Positions 35,502-48,500 of a DNA stretch of 64,000 bases are shown here, piece after piece (positions within the stretch are counted from its first letter, which is position 1; each line of letters begins with the position of its first letter). This DNA comes from Patellaria atrata CBS 101060 (taxonomy: Eukaryota). Location of the stretch: the NCBI GenBank assembly GCA_010093705.1, contig MU006102.1:66123-130122 (forward strand), in the 5' to 3' direction. The position numbers and the translations under genes are program-made. The notes under the pieces are model-generated. The model ran no database searches and was not told where the DNA came from. It worked only from the letters and a program-made list of their open reading frames with translations.

Positions 35502-36599
35502 ATGTCGTCAACAGCTCATTTTGATATGTCCCAACGACAATTTACTCGGAATCTGGTCTGGTATCTCCGGGGCTTCGTAGCTGGAGACCGAAACACAGAA
35601 CACATCGTCCCCCTCACCCACTCTCGCTTTCCAGCTTTCACCCCCATGCACTGTCCATCCAAGAGCCGTTATTCCCTAGGAGTCGAAGATATATGGAGTT
35701 TGTTAGCGAACCCCGTGAGGTTAGATCCCGCCAGACCACCTCGAAAACGGGAACCTTGGCGTCGCCAGCCAACGCGTCGACGCAGGGTAGCTCCTCTTGA
35801 CTCACTTGAGCGCTTGCCTCCCGAGGTCATCCTTATGGTCATGGAATACATGGATGATGAGGCCGCGGGTCATTGGTTGGTGGACGTATGGGCATATGTT
35901 GAAGACGTCATCGCACTGAGCTTGTGCTCGACCCGGTTGTGGGATATAGGGCTTCGTCATATCATGGTATCGTACTTCAACCGGTTGCATGCACCGTGGG
36001 CCGATACGCCGATTTCATGCTGGGCTAGAATATCGCGCTTCTCTAGAATGATGAGCTGTGCGGGCGGACCCGTCACGAAGGAGTGCGAGTGTAATCGGTT
36101 TTATTCGGCCCACATCGAGAATCATAGCGTGAAGCCCTTTATCATCACAAGCTTTGAGAGAAAATGGAAGGACGCGCTCGGATTTCACGGTACCCACAGC
36201 GGCATTCCACGGAATACTTTGGACAGTTTGGCACGTGAGCTCAAGGCGCCGGATCTGTTCCCAAAAGATATCCCGTGGGTTTTGCGTAATCTGACGACGA
36301 AGGAATACGTGAGGGACCGGCAAAAGATGGCCCCGCTCAAGGGTGATTGGGTGGGCGTCGAAAAGCCAAAGACAATGAACTTGGGAGTGGCCTTGATGTG
36401 CAGGACATGGTATATTGATAATCTCGATTTGCCGCGTGATTCAAAGGACTTAAGTGGGAAATGGGAAGGTCATCGGTTTGAGATTGCCAAGTGGGACGAT
36501 CATGTTAAGAAGGTGGGATCAGAGGACAAAGAATGGAAAGACGTAACCATGGAAGTCTTAGATGATGCTGAAGAGTTTTGGAACATATTGTTCCCATGA
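35502..36599 (+). CDS. Intronless F-box-like protein of a fungal family (365 aa)
   Basis: F-box-like SLERLPPEVILMVMEYM...DVIALSLCSTRLW; C-terminal WVLRNLTTKEYVR and GKWEGHRFEI motifs, which I recall from fungal F-box-like hypothetical proteins. Confidence 0.8.
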   Translation: MSSTAHFDMSQRQFTRNLVWYLRGFVAGDRNTEHIVPLTHSRFPAFTPMHCPSKSRYSLGVEDIWSLLANPVRLDPARPPRKREPWRRQPTRRRRVAPLDSLERLPPEVILMVMEYMDDEAAGHWLVDVWAYVEDVIALSLCSTRLWDIGLRHIMVSYFNRLHAPWADTPISCWARISRFSRMMSCAGGPVTKECECNRFYSAHIENHSVKPFIITSFERKWKDALGFHGTHSGIPRNTLDSLARELKAPDLFPKDIPWVLRNLTTKEYVRDRQKMAPLKGDWVGVEKPKTMNLGVALMCRTWYIDNLDLPRDSKDLSGKWEGHRFEIAKWDDHVKKVGSEDKEWKDVTMEVLDDAEEFWNILFP

Positions 36600-37315
36600 A
36601 CGAGCATTTGGAAATGAATTAGTTGACTGTTAAGATATTGAACTTGAGAATCATCTACTGTACACTTTCTCTCTAAACTCTCCCTGACTTTGATCCACAG
36701 GTAGAATCACTATGTACGGGGAAGTTATGACTGAATAAAAGGCCGACCGTATAGATACACCTACCGTACAGTCACTCTCTAGCGGGTTTGTGACCTTACT
36801 TTATAAGCAGTAGGAGAACGTAGGAAGGACTTATGACCGTACGTAGCATTCAGCCCTATCGATCACCGACGTCTTTCAATTTTGCAGACCTATTTCCCGC
36901 CAGTATCTGTTCATCGGGCACACTAAGGCTGAACAAGGCGGATCGTATTGTGAGGGAGTTAATAGAACCGAGCAGCGTTTAGGATGCAGGTCGTAATCCC
37001 AAATCCACCAGATCACTCGTGGTGGTTGGACCGTACAACTCGGTTTGCGGTACAAGCAGTAGAGATGTTGCAAAGTATTAGTACTGGAAGGTAGGTGCTG
37101 TAGTATATAGAGGAAGGGGAACGCCAATCGTGAGAGTAGAGAAGCTGGTCAATTGCAGGACGTTGCAATGAAAATATACTGCTGATAACTCCCTATCAGC
37201 AGTTAGAAAGAAAGATGAACTCCGAGTTGAAGAATAATATACGGTATAGGATAAATATCAGAGATGAATATTATAAGGTAGAATGGGATGATGGGAGACG
37301 ATGTCGAAAGCTCGG

Positions 37316-37346
37316 ACCACCAACCACCAACCACCAACCACCAACC
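37316..37346. repeat. (ACCACCA)4 heptamer repeat
   Basis: Read directly; intergenic. Confidence 0.85.
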
Positions 37347-38125
37347 TCCTACCTCCTCAACTTCCCCATGCGTTCACTCCCCGCATTAATACGGGGTATA
37401 AGGTAAGGTAATAATGACAATCACTCCACACAAAACCCAGGCGAAACGACCTCACATACATATCTGACATGTCGTGTTCCTCAAATAGGCCCAAACAACC
37501 TTGAGGAACTTCGCCGTGTCAGCCTCTCGCCACACACCACTTCATATCACTCCGGTCTCTTCTGATACTCTTATGGATGTCTTAGCGGCAGAGACGAAGC
37601 GGGGAAACGCATACCCGCATTTGTCGGCAAAAGTGGCGCATAATGAAGGAATGAGGGAATGAGGAATAATCCGGGAGCGATGACGGCGGGTCGCGTCTCT
37701 TAGCTTGCCTTTCTAGCCGGTGAGGTATGAAGGAGGTGGCAGATACAAAGAAAGGCACGACAGCTTTAGGTTGCAGAATGCGGAGGTATATGAGATCGTC
37801 AACCTCCAACATCTCGCGGGGTTGGAAAGGGTAAAACTACACCTCTTCCAACTCTCCACGACAAACTATTTACTATTGACTGGACTTGTACTTGTACGTG
37901 CGAGCCTTACTCTTGACCGATTACCCGATTTGATATCCCCATACACCACCTGCGCGATTAATCAAATCATCGCCCCGTTCACTACCTTACACTGAGGCTC
38001 TAAGCCTTCCATTGTCTTGGACCAGCAAACCATAATACATACCTATTCCATTTTCCAGAAAATTGCTATATCTACCATCTATTCGCCATCTATTCGCCAT
38101 CTTCCCACTTCTTATTGCTAGAGAA

Positions 38126-38572
38126 ATGCCATCTGCGACACCAATACGGTATTTCTCTACAACGTTGGCCGAACAACCACAACCACGTATCAGCTTCCCC
38201 CCATACAGCCACGGGGACTTTATACCCCGAGAAACAAGAGCGGCCATGACTGCTGCTTCTTTACCGAAATCAGGAATAGCGAGGACGGCTAGTAAATGGT
38301 GAATACCTCCCTTTGCTATCATGATTCCCCACCTCTCTTCTTTATACTAACTCGATACTATCAGGGCCGTCCCAGCAGCAGCAGCAGCCGTAGTAGCCGT
38401 GGGCGTCGCAGCAGCGAATATGGGTTTTGCAGGCCGCTCGGAAGTGAAAGTACAAAAGGAGGCTGAAGAAAGAGCGAGGTTGGCGAGGAACCAGGCCCTA
38501 TTAAACTCATACGGTGATGGTTCTACAATGGAGGATTTGCAGCGCGCTGTAGACGCTTATGAGAGACGATAA
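38126..38572 (+). CDS. Small (126 aa) two-exon protein, probably mitochondrial and single-pass; exons 38126-38298, 38365-38572
   Basis: Intron 38299-38364 (GTGAAT...TACTAAC...CAG). Product MPSATPIRYFSTTLAEQ...ASKW|AVPAAAAAVVAVGVAAANMGFAGRSEVKVQKEAEERARLARNQALLNSYGDGSTMEDLQRAVDAYERR*. Alternative start at 38246. Confidence 0.8.
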
Positions 38573-39455
38573 TTTCACGATTTCGCCACTTTTTTTCTGC
38601 GAGGCCCCTATTTTGTATCATTATTGATGTTGGAGTTTTGGTTTATTTGGGTTGGGAATGGGTAGCAAATGGGGCCTGCGGTGTTAGGGAGTATTGTGAG
38701 TGACTATTAGTCTTTAGGTGTAAGGATCGATGGGACTTTGTTCACGAGTTGTTAGATAATATGGATATACCATATCATACCATATATCATTCTCCCAGCA
38801 TCGACTCAAGCCCAAAAGAGGACAACCTCCCCATCTGCCCTCACAAACCTAAAACCCCCGAGCAGAAACTCACCCCTTTCCCCTCAAGCAACTTCTGCTT
38901 CTCTCCACCGTCCGACGCTCGAACCCTAACCACACACTTACCATCCCCACCAACTTCATCCATCGGGGTTGGTTTGGTGGGATTAAGGTAGAATTCGGGT
39001 CCACTTACCGTAGTGGAAGGTTGGGTGAGAGGTTACGGTAGATTATATCGGGGTTTCCTCTTTTGGGGTGGGATAGGAGCTTGCAAGTGCTTAGGGCACG
39101 GTCGTATTTCCCAGTTGTTGAAATAAATATTGAGTAGATTTTTTTTGGATATTGATATTCTCCTTGTATCGGTTGGCGTCCCTCAGTTCTCGTACGGTAC
39201 GGTACCATTCCGTTGCTTTACTGTATACATAATGGCATACTACCAGGTCTAATTCCATATTGGTTTTACGGATCCAGATAGCTCAAGTCGAAAATGCTTT
39301 TGTTGGAAGTGTATGGTTAGCTAAGGTTGAAAAGGCAAAGAGAGAGATAGGTTGAGGCCCGCCTTTCCAAATTTCCACTATGCAGGAATTCAGTCTATAA
39401 GGTATCCAACACCATACGCCTTGAAAGAAATTCCGAATACCCCGGAATGTCCCTT

Positions 39456-40503
39456 TTAAAATCTTGTCCCATTAACGCCTTGGACGCCTTTCCCTAATTG
39501 ACTGGCTACTACGGTCGCCTCTCTGACTGCTCTCGCCATGGTACCTCTCACGGTACCCTCTTCGAGTACTAATAGACCTCCAATGGTGCACCCCCCAGGG
39601 GTACTTACCTTATCCCTCAATACGGCCGGATGCTCTCCGTTGAGGACCAAACCGGTTGTTCCTCTCATCGTCTGCGCAGCCATTATTTGAGCCTCTGCTC
39701 GCGGTAACCCCATAGCAACTCCACCGTCTGCCATTGCCTCGAGCACCAATGCCATGAAGGCTGGACCGGAACCACATAGTGCCGTGCTTGCATCCATCAT
39801 AGAAGGAGCGAGATGCACGACGCGCCCGATTCGATTGAAGATCCAGGTTATGAGAGTGGCTTGATGGGACGGTAGAGGAGGGTCTGATGTTGCAACCACA
39901 GTCATGGATTCGCGGACAAAGGAGGCAGTATTAGGCATGGCTCGGACTATAAGGCAGGCGTTTGACGGTCTAGAGAATCCTGGAAAGAGGAAGCCTTCAA
40001 TCTGCTCCTTGGTTACGCCAGCAAGTATGCTTATGAGCAGTTTGCCGGCTAGAGCTTCCTTCATCTCCTCACCACCAAGGACGTCGCGGAACATCTGTGG
40101 TTTACACGCAAGCAGTATTACATCCGCCTCCTTAGCAGCTTGTAAATTCTCATTTATAAGAACAGTGAGAGGTGAGGAGTATTGTCCAAGGGAGGACTTT
40201 ATCTTTTTGGCGGAGGCCGGTCTACGCACCGTTGCAACAAACCGGGATGGAAGACGCTCAGGGAGTTCCTCCATCGGGGTGGAAGTACCGGAAGTAGATA
40301 GGGAAACAACATTCGGAGGGAGGAGGCCTTGTCGGCCTTGATGGTCCTCCAGTGAGGCCATGATGCCGGAGAGGATGGCTATTCCCATCGTCCCTATGAG
40401 GGGTAAGCCGGGTTTTTCTGGAGAGGGGAGATAGCAAGAGAATATACTGACCACACCCTAGAACGGCCAAGGTGAGGCCGGGGCCTCCATAAAATTGTGC
40501 CAT
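39456..40503 (-). CDS. PRO3: Pyrroline-5-carboxylate reductase; exons 40503-40452, 40393-39456
   Basis: Rossmann LAVLGC|GTMG across intron 40394-40451; LACKPQ, ISILAGV, VRAMPNT, TALCGSGPAF, VSTPGGCTI. Confidence 0.96.
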
Positions 40504-40715
40504 CTTCTGTGAGCTTGGAATATAAGTTGGAAGCTCAATTGAGATGTTGTCTAAAGGTCCGCGGACTCATCTCCAGTCAAAAGTTATTTTGCCAAGTCCC
40601 TGATCGGCTTTGATTCTACCACCGCCCTCTAGAACTACCCTTGCTAACGCAATGCTTTCAATGCTAATGTTCAAAACACTCCCAAGCTCCTGCGAATTCA
40701 CCAGTATATTTCGCC

Positions 40716-41521
40716 ATGGCCGATCCTTTCGAGGTTCGAATGCGGTTTACAAACCAGCTCCAACACCTAAACGCTTCGGTCACATCCGCTCAGAAGGCCG
40801 CAAACTATGCGCTCAAGTATCGAGATATGGATGAAGATTTACATTCCTGCATATTGGAACAGCTCGAAAGGGTAAATAGACCGTACTGTAAGATCACCTT
40901 AAAGTGTGCATTCTAACACTTCTTCAGAACAACATGAACAACAGAGCAAATATCATGTACTTCATCGAACATCTTTGCGACATGGCGCAACGAGAGAATC
41001 ACCTTGAATTTGTGCGGATGATGCAGAGAGATATATTAAGGGTTATAGATGCTGTGGCACCAAGTGACGGATCTGGCGCGGCAAACGTAAAGGTGGTGCG
41101 AAGGGTGAGGAATTCCACGATACAACGACGTGCATCTTTAAGACTAATAAGTGAACAGGTACTCAATGGCCTACAACAAAAGAATGTTCTCGTGCAACAA
41201 ACAGTTCAAGAACTAGAAGAATGTCTGAAAGAGCGCGACGTTGCCACAGATCCTGCGGCCAACGGAATAGGGCTGAGGGACTCCACACCAAGGGGTGGAA
41301 AAATGAACGGTGTACGGCTGGATAAGAGACAGGTCGAACAGAGACTGGAGGAAGATAGAGAAAGACACAAACGAATACGAGAGAATATATGGGCCGTCCC
41401 TGCTGACGGTGACCAGGAGTTTGAGAAACTTTGGGAAGAGGGAAGTGACATTGAGGACGATGACTATTTGGAGGGAGAGGAAGATGCTGCGGAAAGAAAA
41501 CAAGCTCTTGAATATGAATGA
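40716..41521 (+). CDS. CTK3: CTD kinase subunit gamma; exons 40716-40871, 40928-41104, 41159-41521
   Basis: MADPFEVRMRF...LNAS...DEDLHSCILEQLE, NRANIMYFIE, RLEEDRERHKRIRENIW; two GT-AG introns. Confidence 0.93.
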
Positions 41522-41750
41522 GATAAGGCGAAATTCCGTATCTGGGGTTCTTGGGTGTTTGGATTCATTTAGCGATGAGCATTTACATGGCGTTGGTCTC
41601 TGCATTGCGTCTTTTATACCCCAAAAATTGAAGAAAGGGGGATCTCTTCCATTAGCGGCTATTGAAGACCGTATTTATACAAATGACCATCTATGGACAT
41701 ACAGCACAACGCCTCCAATATGCGATACAAATTTGACCAATATACAGCTC

Positions 41751-42357
41751 TTACTCCATCTCCACCACAGCACCCAGCGCTTTTAGTGCTTCTACAATCT
41801 TCTCCGCCTCCTCCTTTGGTACTGATTCTTTCATCATCTTCGGTGCACTTTCCACAAACTTCTTACTGTCTACCAGACTCAATCCTAGCATGCTCTTGAT
41901 CTCCTTGATAACCTTTGGCTTGGCTGCAGCATCGAAAGATTTTAGTTTGAGGTTGAAGAGCGTCTTTTCCTGTGCAGCTGGAGCAGCTTCTTCCTCCTCT
42001 ACCGGAGCAGCAGCTGGAGCGGCAGGTGCGGCTGCAGCAAAACCACCCATAGGAATATCGGCGATATTCAGACGGGACTGCAGAGAATAGGGCATTAGCT
42101 TCCATCCTCTACCCTGATCGGCGACCACTCACTTTAAGGGAGGAGACCAGGTCTGCAGTCTCTAAAAGTGTCAATTGACTAATTTGATCAACGATCCCCG
42201 CGATTTTGGGGTTCGATGGTGCTGTCTCTGTCGACTGCCATCGCCGAGAAGGGGTCTGACGTGCTAACGCGTAGGAGGATGTACGGAGGAGGTTCGAGGA
42301 TTGAGATTTTGCAATGCGAGAGCAGCAAGTTATAGCGCTCCTGCAAGAAACAGACAT
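41751..42357 (-). CDS. MNP1: Mitochondrial ribosomal protein bL12m (L7/L12); exons 42357-42133, 42077-41751
   Basis: Presequence, IVDQISQLTLLETADLVSSLK|SRLNI, Ala/Pro hinge, C-terminal KPKVIKEIKSMLGLSLVDSKKFVESAP...LKALGAVVEME. Confidence 0.95.
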
Positions 42358-42575
42358 TGTGGCGTATAAGAAGATGGGAGTGCTATAAGGTCTTAATGGC
42401 TGCGGAGTCGAGTTTGTGATCTTCCCGATTAAGATAAGAAAAGTTTATGGATGCTCTAGCTTCTTGCCAAGACTTCTGAATGCTCTCAAAAAAAGTTTTG
42501 GCATGAGATTCTCCACTCACCACAAGTTTACAACGGACCATAATATGGTCGATAACCCTTATTGTACATATTAAA

Positions 42576-45500
42576 ATGGACATTACATCTCGCACAGAAG
42601 TGCTTCTTTCCCGCCCAAATATCCTACCTGCAGAATTGCTCGATACACTCCATTATGGTTCCAATGTAGATTACCTACTGGCAGTTGCTGGCGCCTCTCT
42701 CCAGGCACAGTATACAGACCTTCTTTTCACTCATATCTGGCCTATTTTTGCAGATACATGCTCAAGATGGCTAACCTCGCAAAGCCCAATCGCAGCAATA
42801 GCAGCTTTTGGTCGAATAATACCCTTTGCGCCACACCTAACAGAATATGCAGAACACTACTGTTCTCAATTGAAAGATATCCTCGATTTTGAGCCTCTTA
42901 GTCCCGAGAGTGTTCGGTCCAACTCGGGAGATTCCATAGAGGAATGTCTACTAGGCATTTACCGTCTAGTTTCATTCGATAACGCCGTTTTCGCGAGATA
43001 TATAAAGCCGTCACATCTTCAGGCCCTCCTAGCACATCAAAGTAGACCAATTCGTTACCTAGCAATCCGGATACTTTGTCTATATCTCCACGCATCTGAT
43101 TCTTCTATTCAAAGTATCCTCGCCCAACACTTGAACGATGGGGATGTAACAGGATCCTGGGAGGGGAAGACAATTGACTACAGGTTTCTTGGACTTTGGG
43201 AAGAGAAGCGGTCCAGAGACATACTTCTGAAGATGAAAGAGATAAGAACCAAGGAGGATATTGCAAGTCGATCTGGGAGAAATAGACCCTCGATTAAAAA
43301 GCGAATCATTTCAGGATCTGAAATCTCTCCTTTAACCGCTGAAGTGAGCGGCGTTCTTTTACCACGATTAAGTGGCCCAATGGAGACTTCATCTTCCCAT
43401 TTCAATATTGTACAAACCTCTACTACGGTTCGAAATCTTGAGAAACTAGCAGAAGGATTGATATCTGGCCATCCTCTGCTGCTAACAGGCCTACCTGGTA
43501 GTGGAAAGACCTCTGCGGTTATACATATTGCGCAAATATTAAATAAGCATGATAAAATGATCACACTGCACTTGAACGAACAGAGTGATGCAAAGCTGCT
43601 TATTGGCATGTACACAACTACCAAACCGGGATCTTTTACGTGGACACCGGGTGTCCTTACCACGGCCATAAAAGAGGGGCGTTGGGTTTTCATTGAAGAT
43701 CTTGACCGAGCACCTAATGAAGTTATCAGCACACTTCTTCCTTTGATGGAGAATAATGAGCTGCTCATACCAAGCCGGGGGGAAACAGTTCGAGCTGCTC
43801 GCGGCTTTAAGATCATTGCCACAATGAGATTAACTAAGAATCTCCGGGGAGAAGAGTCCGTTCCCGTAACGAATATGCCAGGCAGTAGGTTTTGGAAACG
43901 TATTCACATGGACCTCGTTCTCGAGGAAGAACTCCAGGAGATTGTAGGTGCCGTATATCCCTTATTGAAAGGACACATCAACTCTTTCTTGTCTGTCCAC
44001 CGTCGATTACAATTTCTCTATGGAAATCAAGCATTCCTCGCTGCTAGCAGAACTGGGAAAATCCGGTCAATTACACCAAGAGATCTATTTAAGTGGTGTA
44101 CAAGGGTGTCCAAGGTCTTATCCTCGACGGAATCGTTCACTTCTACTCAGCAGGATGAAATATTCATCGAAGGGGTTGATTGTTATGTTGGCAGTATACC
44201 ATCCAGTCCAGTCAGAGATTCTGTCATAGCCGCGATGGCGGAGGAGCTCCACATCGACCCACAGCGAAGAGATCATTTGCTCTCTAATCGCCTGATCTCT
44301 ATTTCTGTTTTCAAGAAAGATTCGAAAGCGCAAGTACAAATTGGCCGCGTGCGGCTACGCTGCGATCCATTTCACACACGCCGACTAAATTCAAATGAGA
44401 AACGAGCGTTTGCGTTGAGCAACCACAGCCTTCAGCTACTTGAAAAGGTTGCGGCCGCAGTCAACAGTTGTGAGCCGCTTCTGCTAGTTGGTGAAACTGG
44501 AACTGGAAAAACTACATGTATTCAACATCTCGCAGATCAGCTAGGGAGGAAATTGGTCCCTTTTAACCTTTCTCAGCAGAGTGAGTCTGGTGATCTACTT
44601 GGTGGATTTAAACCCGTGAATATACGCAGCTTAGTGATTCCGCTGAAAGATGAGTTCGACGAGCTATTCGGGTCGATGTTTTCAAAGTCGAAGAATCAAC
44701 AGTTTCTTGAGCGTTTAGGCAAAGCTGTGGCTAAGGGTCATTGGAAGACTGTTTGCAAATACTGGGCTGAAGCTTTACGTATGGTTGAATCAGCTAGAGT
44801 GACATCTAAAGGCTCGAAAGCACCTAGAGCGAGTGATGGGCATACACAGAAAAAGCGCAGAGTTGACCCTGAAATTGCTTTTGCTCAGCAAGCTAGATGG
44901 TCCAAATTCGCAGTAGATGTGAAGGATCTTGAAGCTCAACTAATCAGGGGCGGAAATGCCTTTGCCTTCACCTTTGTCGAGGGAAATATCATAAAAGCGG
45001 CACGGAATGGTGATTGGATCCTACTAGACGAGATAAATCTAGCGTCTCCCGACACTCTCGAAGCACTAGCTGATTTGCTTGTCGGTGGAGATGGCATTTC
45101 GCCTTCTATCTTACTCACAGAAACAGGGAATGCGGAACGTATTCGGGCTCATCCAAACTTCCGTGTCTTCGCGGCAATGAACCCAGCTACCGATGTTGGG
45201 AAGAAAGACCTTCCTTCTGGAATCAGATCTCGCTTCACTGAGATTTACGTCGAAAGCCCAGATCGTGATCCGTCCAGCTTGCTCACTATTGTTGAATCGT
45301 ACTTGGGGTCGGATGGAGTGGATGCTACCCTGAGCTCAGACGTCACAAACCTCTACCTGAGGATTCAGAACTATGTCGAACAAAACATGCTTGTTGATGG
45401 AGCAAATCAAAAACCTCACTTCAGTCTTCGAACGCTGACTCGGACTCTCACTTACGCCATGGATGTAAAGTCTCTGTGTAGTCTTCGTCGCGGGTTATAC

Positions 45501-48500
45501 GAGGGTTTCCAGATGAGCTTTTTGACATTCCTGGACAAATTTTCTGAAAATCTCGTGGCACCCGTCATGAAGCAGTATCTTTTTAGCAAACATGGAAATG
45601 CAAACGCGGAATTGAAGAAGCCACTCCGCGAGCCAACCGATGGTCGAAAATATGTTCAACAAGGACATTACTGGTTACGCCAAGGAGCTTTTCCTATCCA
45701 TGAGCAGCCTCTTTATATCATCACTCCATTCATTCGACGTAACCTGGACAACCTAATTCGTGCGGCCTCAACGAGACGATTCCCCGTTCTTATCCAAGGT
45801 CCAACATCATCCGGCAAGACAAGTATGATTGAGTATCTCGCGAAGAGATCTGGCAACAAATTTGTTCGAATCAACAATCACGAGCACACTGATCTCCAAG
45901 AGTATCTCGGAACCTACGTGTCAGACTCTAGCGGTCAACTCTATTTCCAAGAAGGTGTGCTTGTGCGAGCATTACGTGAAGGGCATTGGGTCGTTCTCGA
46001 TGAACTGAATCTGGCGCCCACTGATATACTTGAGGCTCTCAACAGACTACTAGACGACAATAGAGAATTACTTATTCCTGAGACTCAGGAAGTCGTCCGA
46101 CCTCATCCAGACTTCATGTTATTCGCTACACAGAATCCGGCTGGTCTATATGGAGGGCGCAAAGTCCTTTCCCGTGCCTTTCGAAATCGTTTCCTCGAGT
46201 TGCACTTTGATGACATCCCGGTTCACGAACTCACTGAAATCCTTCAACGGCGAACAAGCATACCCGAATCATGGGCCCGTCGAATCGTTGAGGTATACCG
46301 AGAACTTTCAGCTCTACGGCAAGAGAATAGAATCTTTGAGCAGAAGAGCTTTGCGACACTTCGTGACTTATTCCGGTGGGCCATGAGAAATGCAGATACC
46401 GTTGAACAGCTTGCAATCAACGGGTATATGCTTCTAGCTGAGCGAGTCAGAAAGATAGAGGAACGGCTTGCCGTCAAGAAAATCATAGAAGATGTCATGA
46501 GCAGACGAGGACCCAGAATCCGAATCGATGAAGCGTTACTTTACCAAGGAGATCGATGCCCCGAGTTGCAGATGCATCAACGCTTGAACCCTCGGAGTAA
46601 TGTGGTCTGGACCAAGGCTATGCGAAGACTCTTTGTCCTAGTTGCACACGCTCTTCGCAATAATGAACCAGTACTTCTTGTGGGGGAGACTGGATGCGGG
46701 AAAACAACTGTTTGCCAGCTACTTGCGGATGCTTCAGGGATGACTCTTCATATTGTGAACGCGCATCAGAATACGGAGACTGGTGATTTGATCGGTGCCC
46801 AGCGTCCGATACGAAACCATTCGGCCATCGAAACACAACTTCGGCAAGACTTGTTGAACGCTCTTGGGTTGGAAGATCAAGTTCAAGCTACTTCCACCGA
46901 GACGGTTGCGTTGCTTTGTGCGTATGATAAACTCGGCGACGGAAAGTCTTCGAGCATTTCGCCGCAACTTCGTGATTCAATACGGATAGGAAGAACTCGA
47001 CTTGTAGCATTATTTGAATGGGCTGATGGGAGTCTCGTAAATGCTATGAAGACTGGCCAATACTTTCTTCTCGACGAGATCTCCTTGGCTGATGACTCGG
47101 TATTAGAACGTCTTAATAGTGTATTGGAGTCTCAACGCACGCTTTTACTTGCCGAAAAGGGTCCTGTTGATTCTCACGTTGTCGCCGTCGAAGGCTTCCA
47201 GTTTCTTGCAACTATGAATCCTGGTGGAGATTATGGAAAACGTGAATTGTCCCCCGCCCTTAGAAACCGATTCACGGAGATCTGGGTACCTGCTTTATCT
47301 GATGCGGATGACATAGTACAGATCGTCACAGCAAAACTTGCTCCGGAACTGAGAAAAGCAGCGCCATCGATTGTCGCATTTTCTCAATGGTTCAATCAAA
47401 GGTACAACACTTCTGCTACTACGTCAGTCTCAATACGTGATACCTTGGCTTGGGTTCATTTTATGAACACAGTGGGAGATCAAGATATCATCTTCGGGTT
47501 GGTTCATGGCGCTGCTATGGTATTTATCGATACACTAGGTGCTAATCCAGCTGCAATCCTATCTATTTCATCAGATACCGTAGAGCAGGAGCGAAGACAG
47601 TGCTTGCAATACTTGGATAAACTCCTTGTGACAGACACGTCTAGTCTATATTTCAGCACCTTGACTGTGAATATAACCGTCTCGCATCTTTCAGTCGGCT
47701 CGTTCTCCATCGCCGTCGCTGGTGAGCCAGAAGCAGATCCTGCATTTACGATGGGTGCCCCAACAACAAGATCCAACGCTATGCGAGTAATACGAGCCTT
47801 ACAGCTACCTAAACCTATTCTCGTTGAAGGCAATCCAGGCGTAGGTAAAACGACTCTCATCACAGCCATCGCAAAGGCAATAGGAAAACGCTTGGTCCGG
47901 ATCAACCTTGCAGAGCAGACAGATCTTATGGACCTATTTGGATCAGATGCACCAGTAGAAGGAACCAAACCCGGCAGTTTCGCCTGGAGAGACGGTCCCT
48001 TTCTCAGGGCTATGAAGAATGGGTACTGGGTGCTTTTGGATGAGATGAATCTCGCTTCTCAGTCCGTACTTGAAGGTCTCAATGCATGTCTTGATCACCG
48101 AGGTGAAGTGTATCTTTCGGAACTAGATCAAACATTCAGTCGACATCCTGAATTTCGTGTGTTTGCAGCACAAAATCCACATAACCAAGGTGGAGGAAGA
48201 AAAGGTTTACCTGCTTCCTTCGTCAACCGATTTACAGTCGTCTACGCCGACGTTTTCAAAACAGATGATCTTATGTTAATATGCAAACAAAGCTTCCCGG
48301 ATGTACTAGAGTCAGAAATTAACACCTTTGTGAACTTTGTGTCAGCCGTGGATAATGAAGTAGTACGCCGACGTTCCTTTGGCTCTCTTGGAAGCCCTTG
48401 GGAGTTCAATCTGCGAGACACCCTTCGCTGGATCAATCTTATGACGGACAAAGGTGGTCTTCTGCCAAGTGGGACTCCTCGTGACTTCCTTGATACTGTT

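Noticed and set aside
38922..38931. AACCCTAACC template-like word
   Set aside because: In a <0.9 kb gap between convergent genes, with no supporting structure seen.
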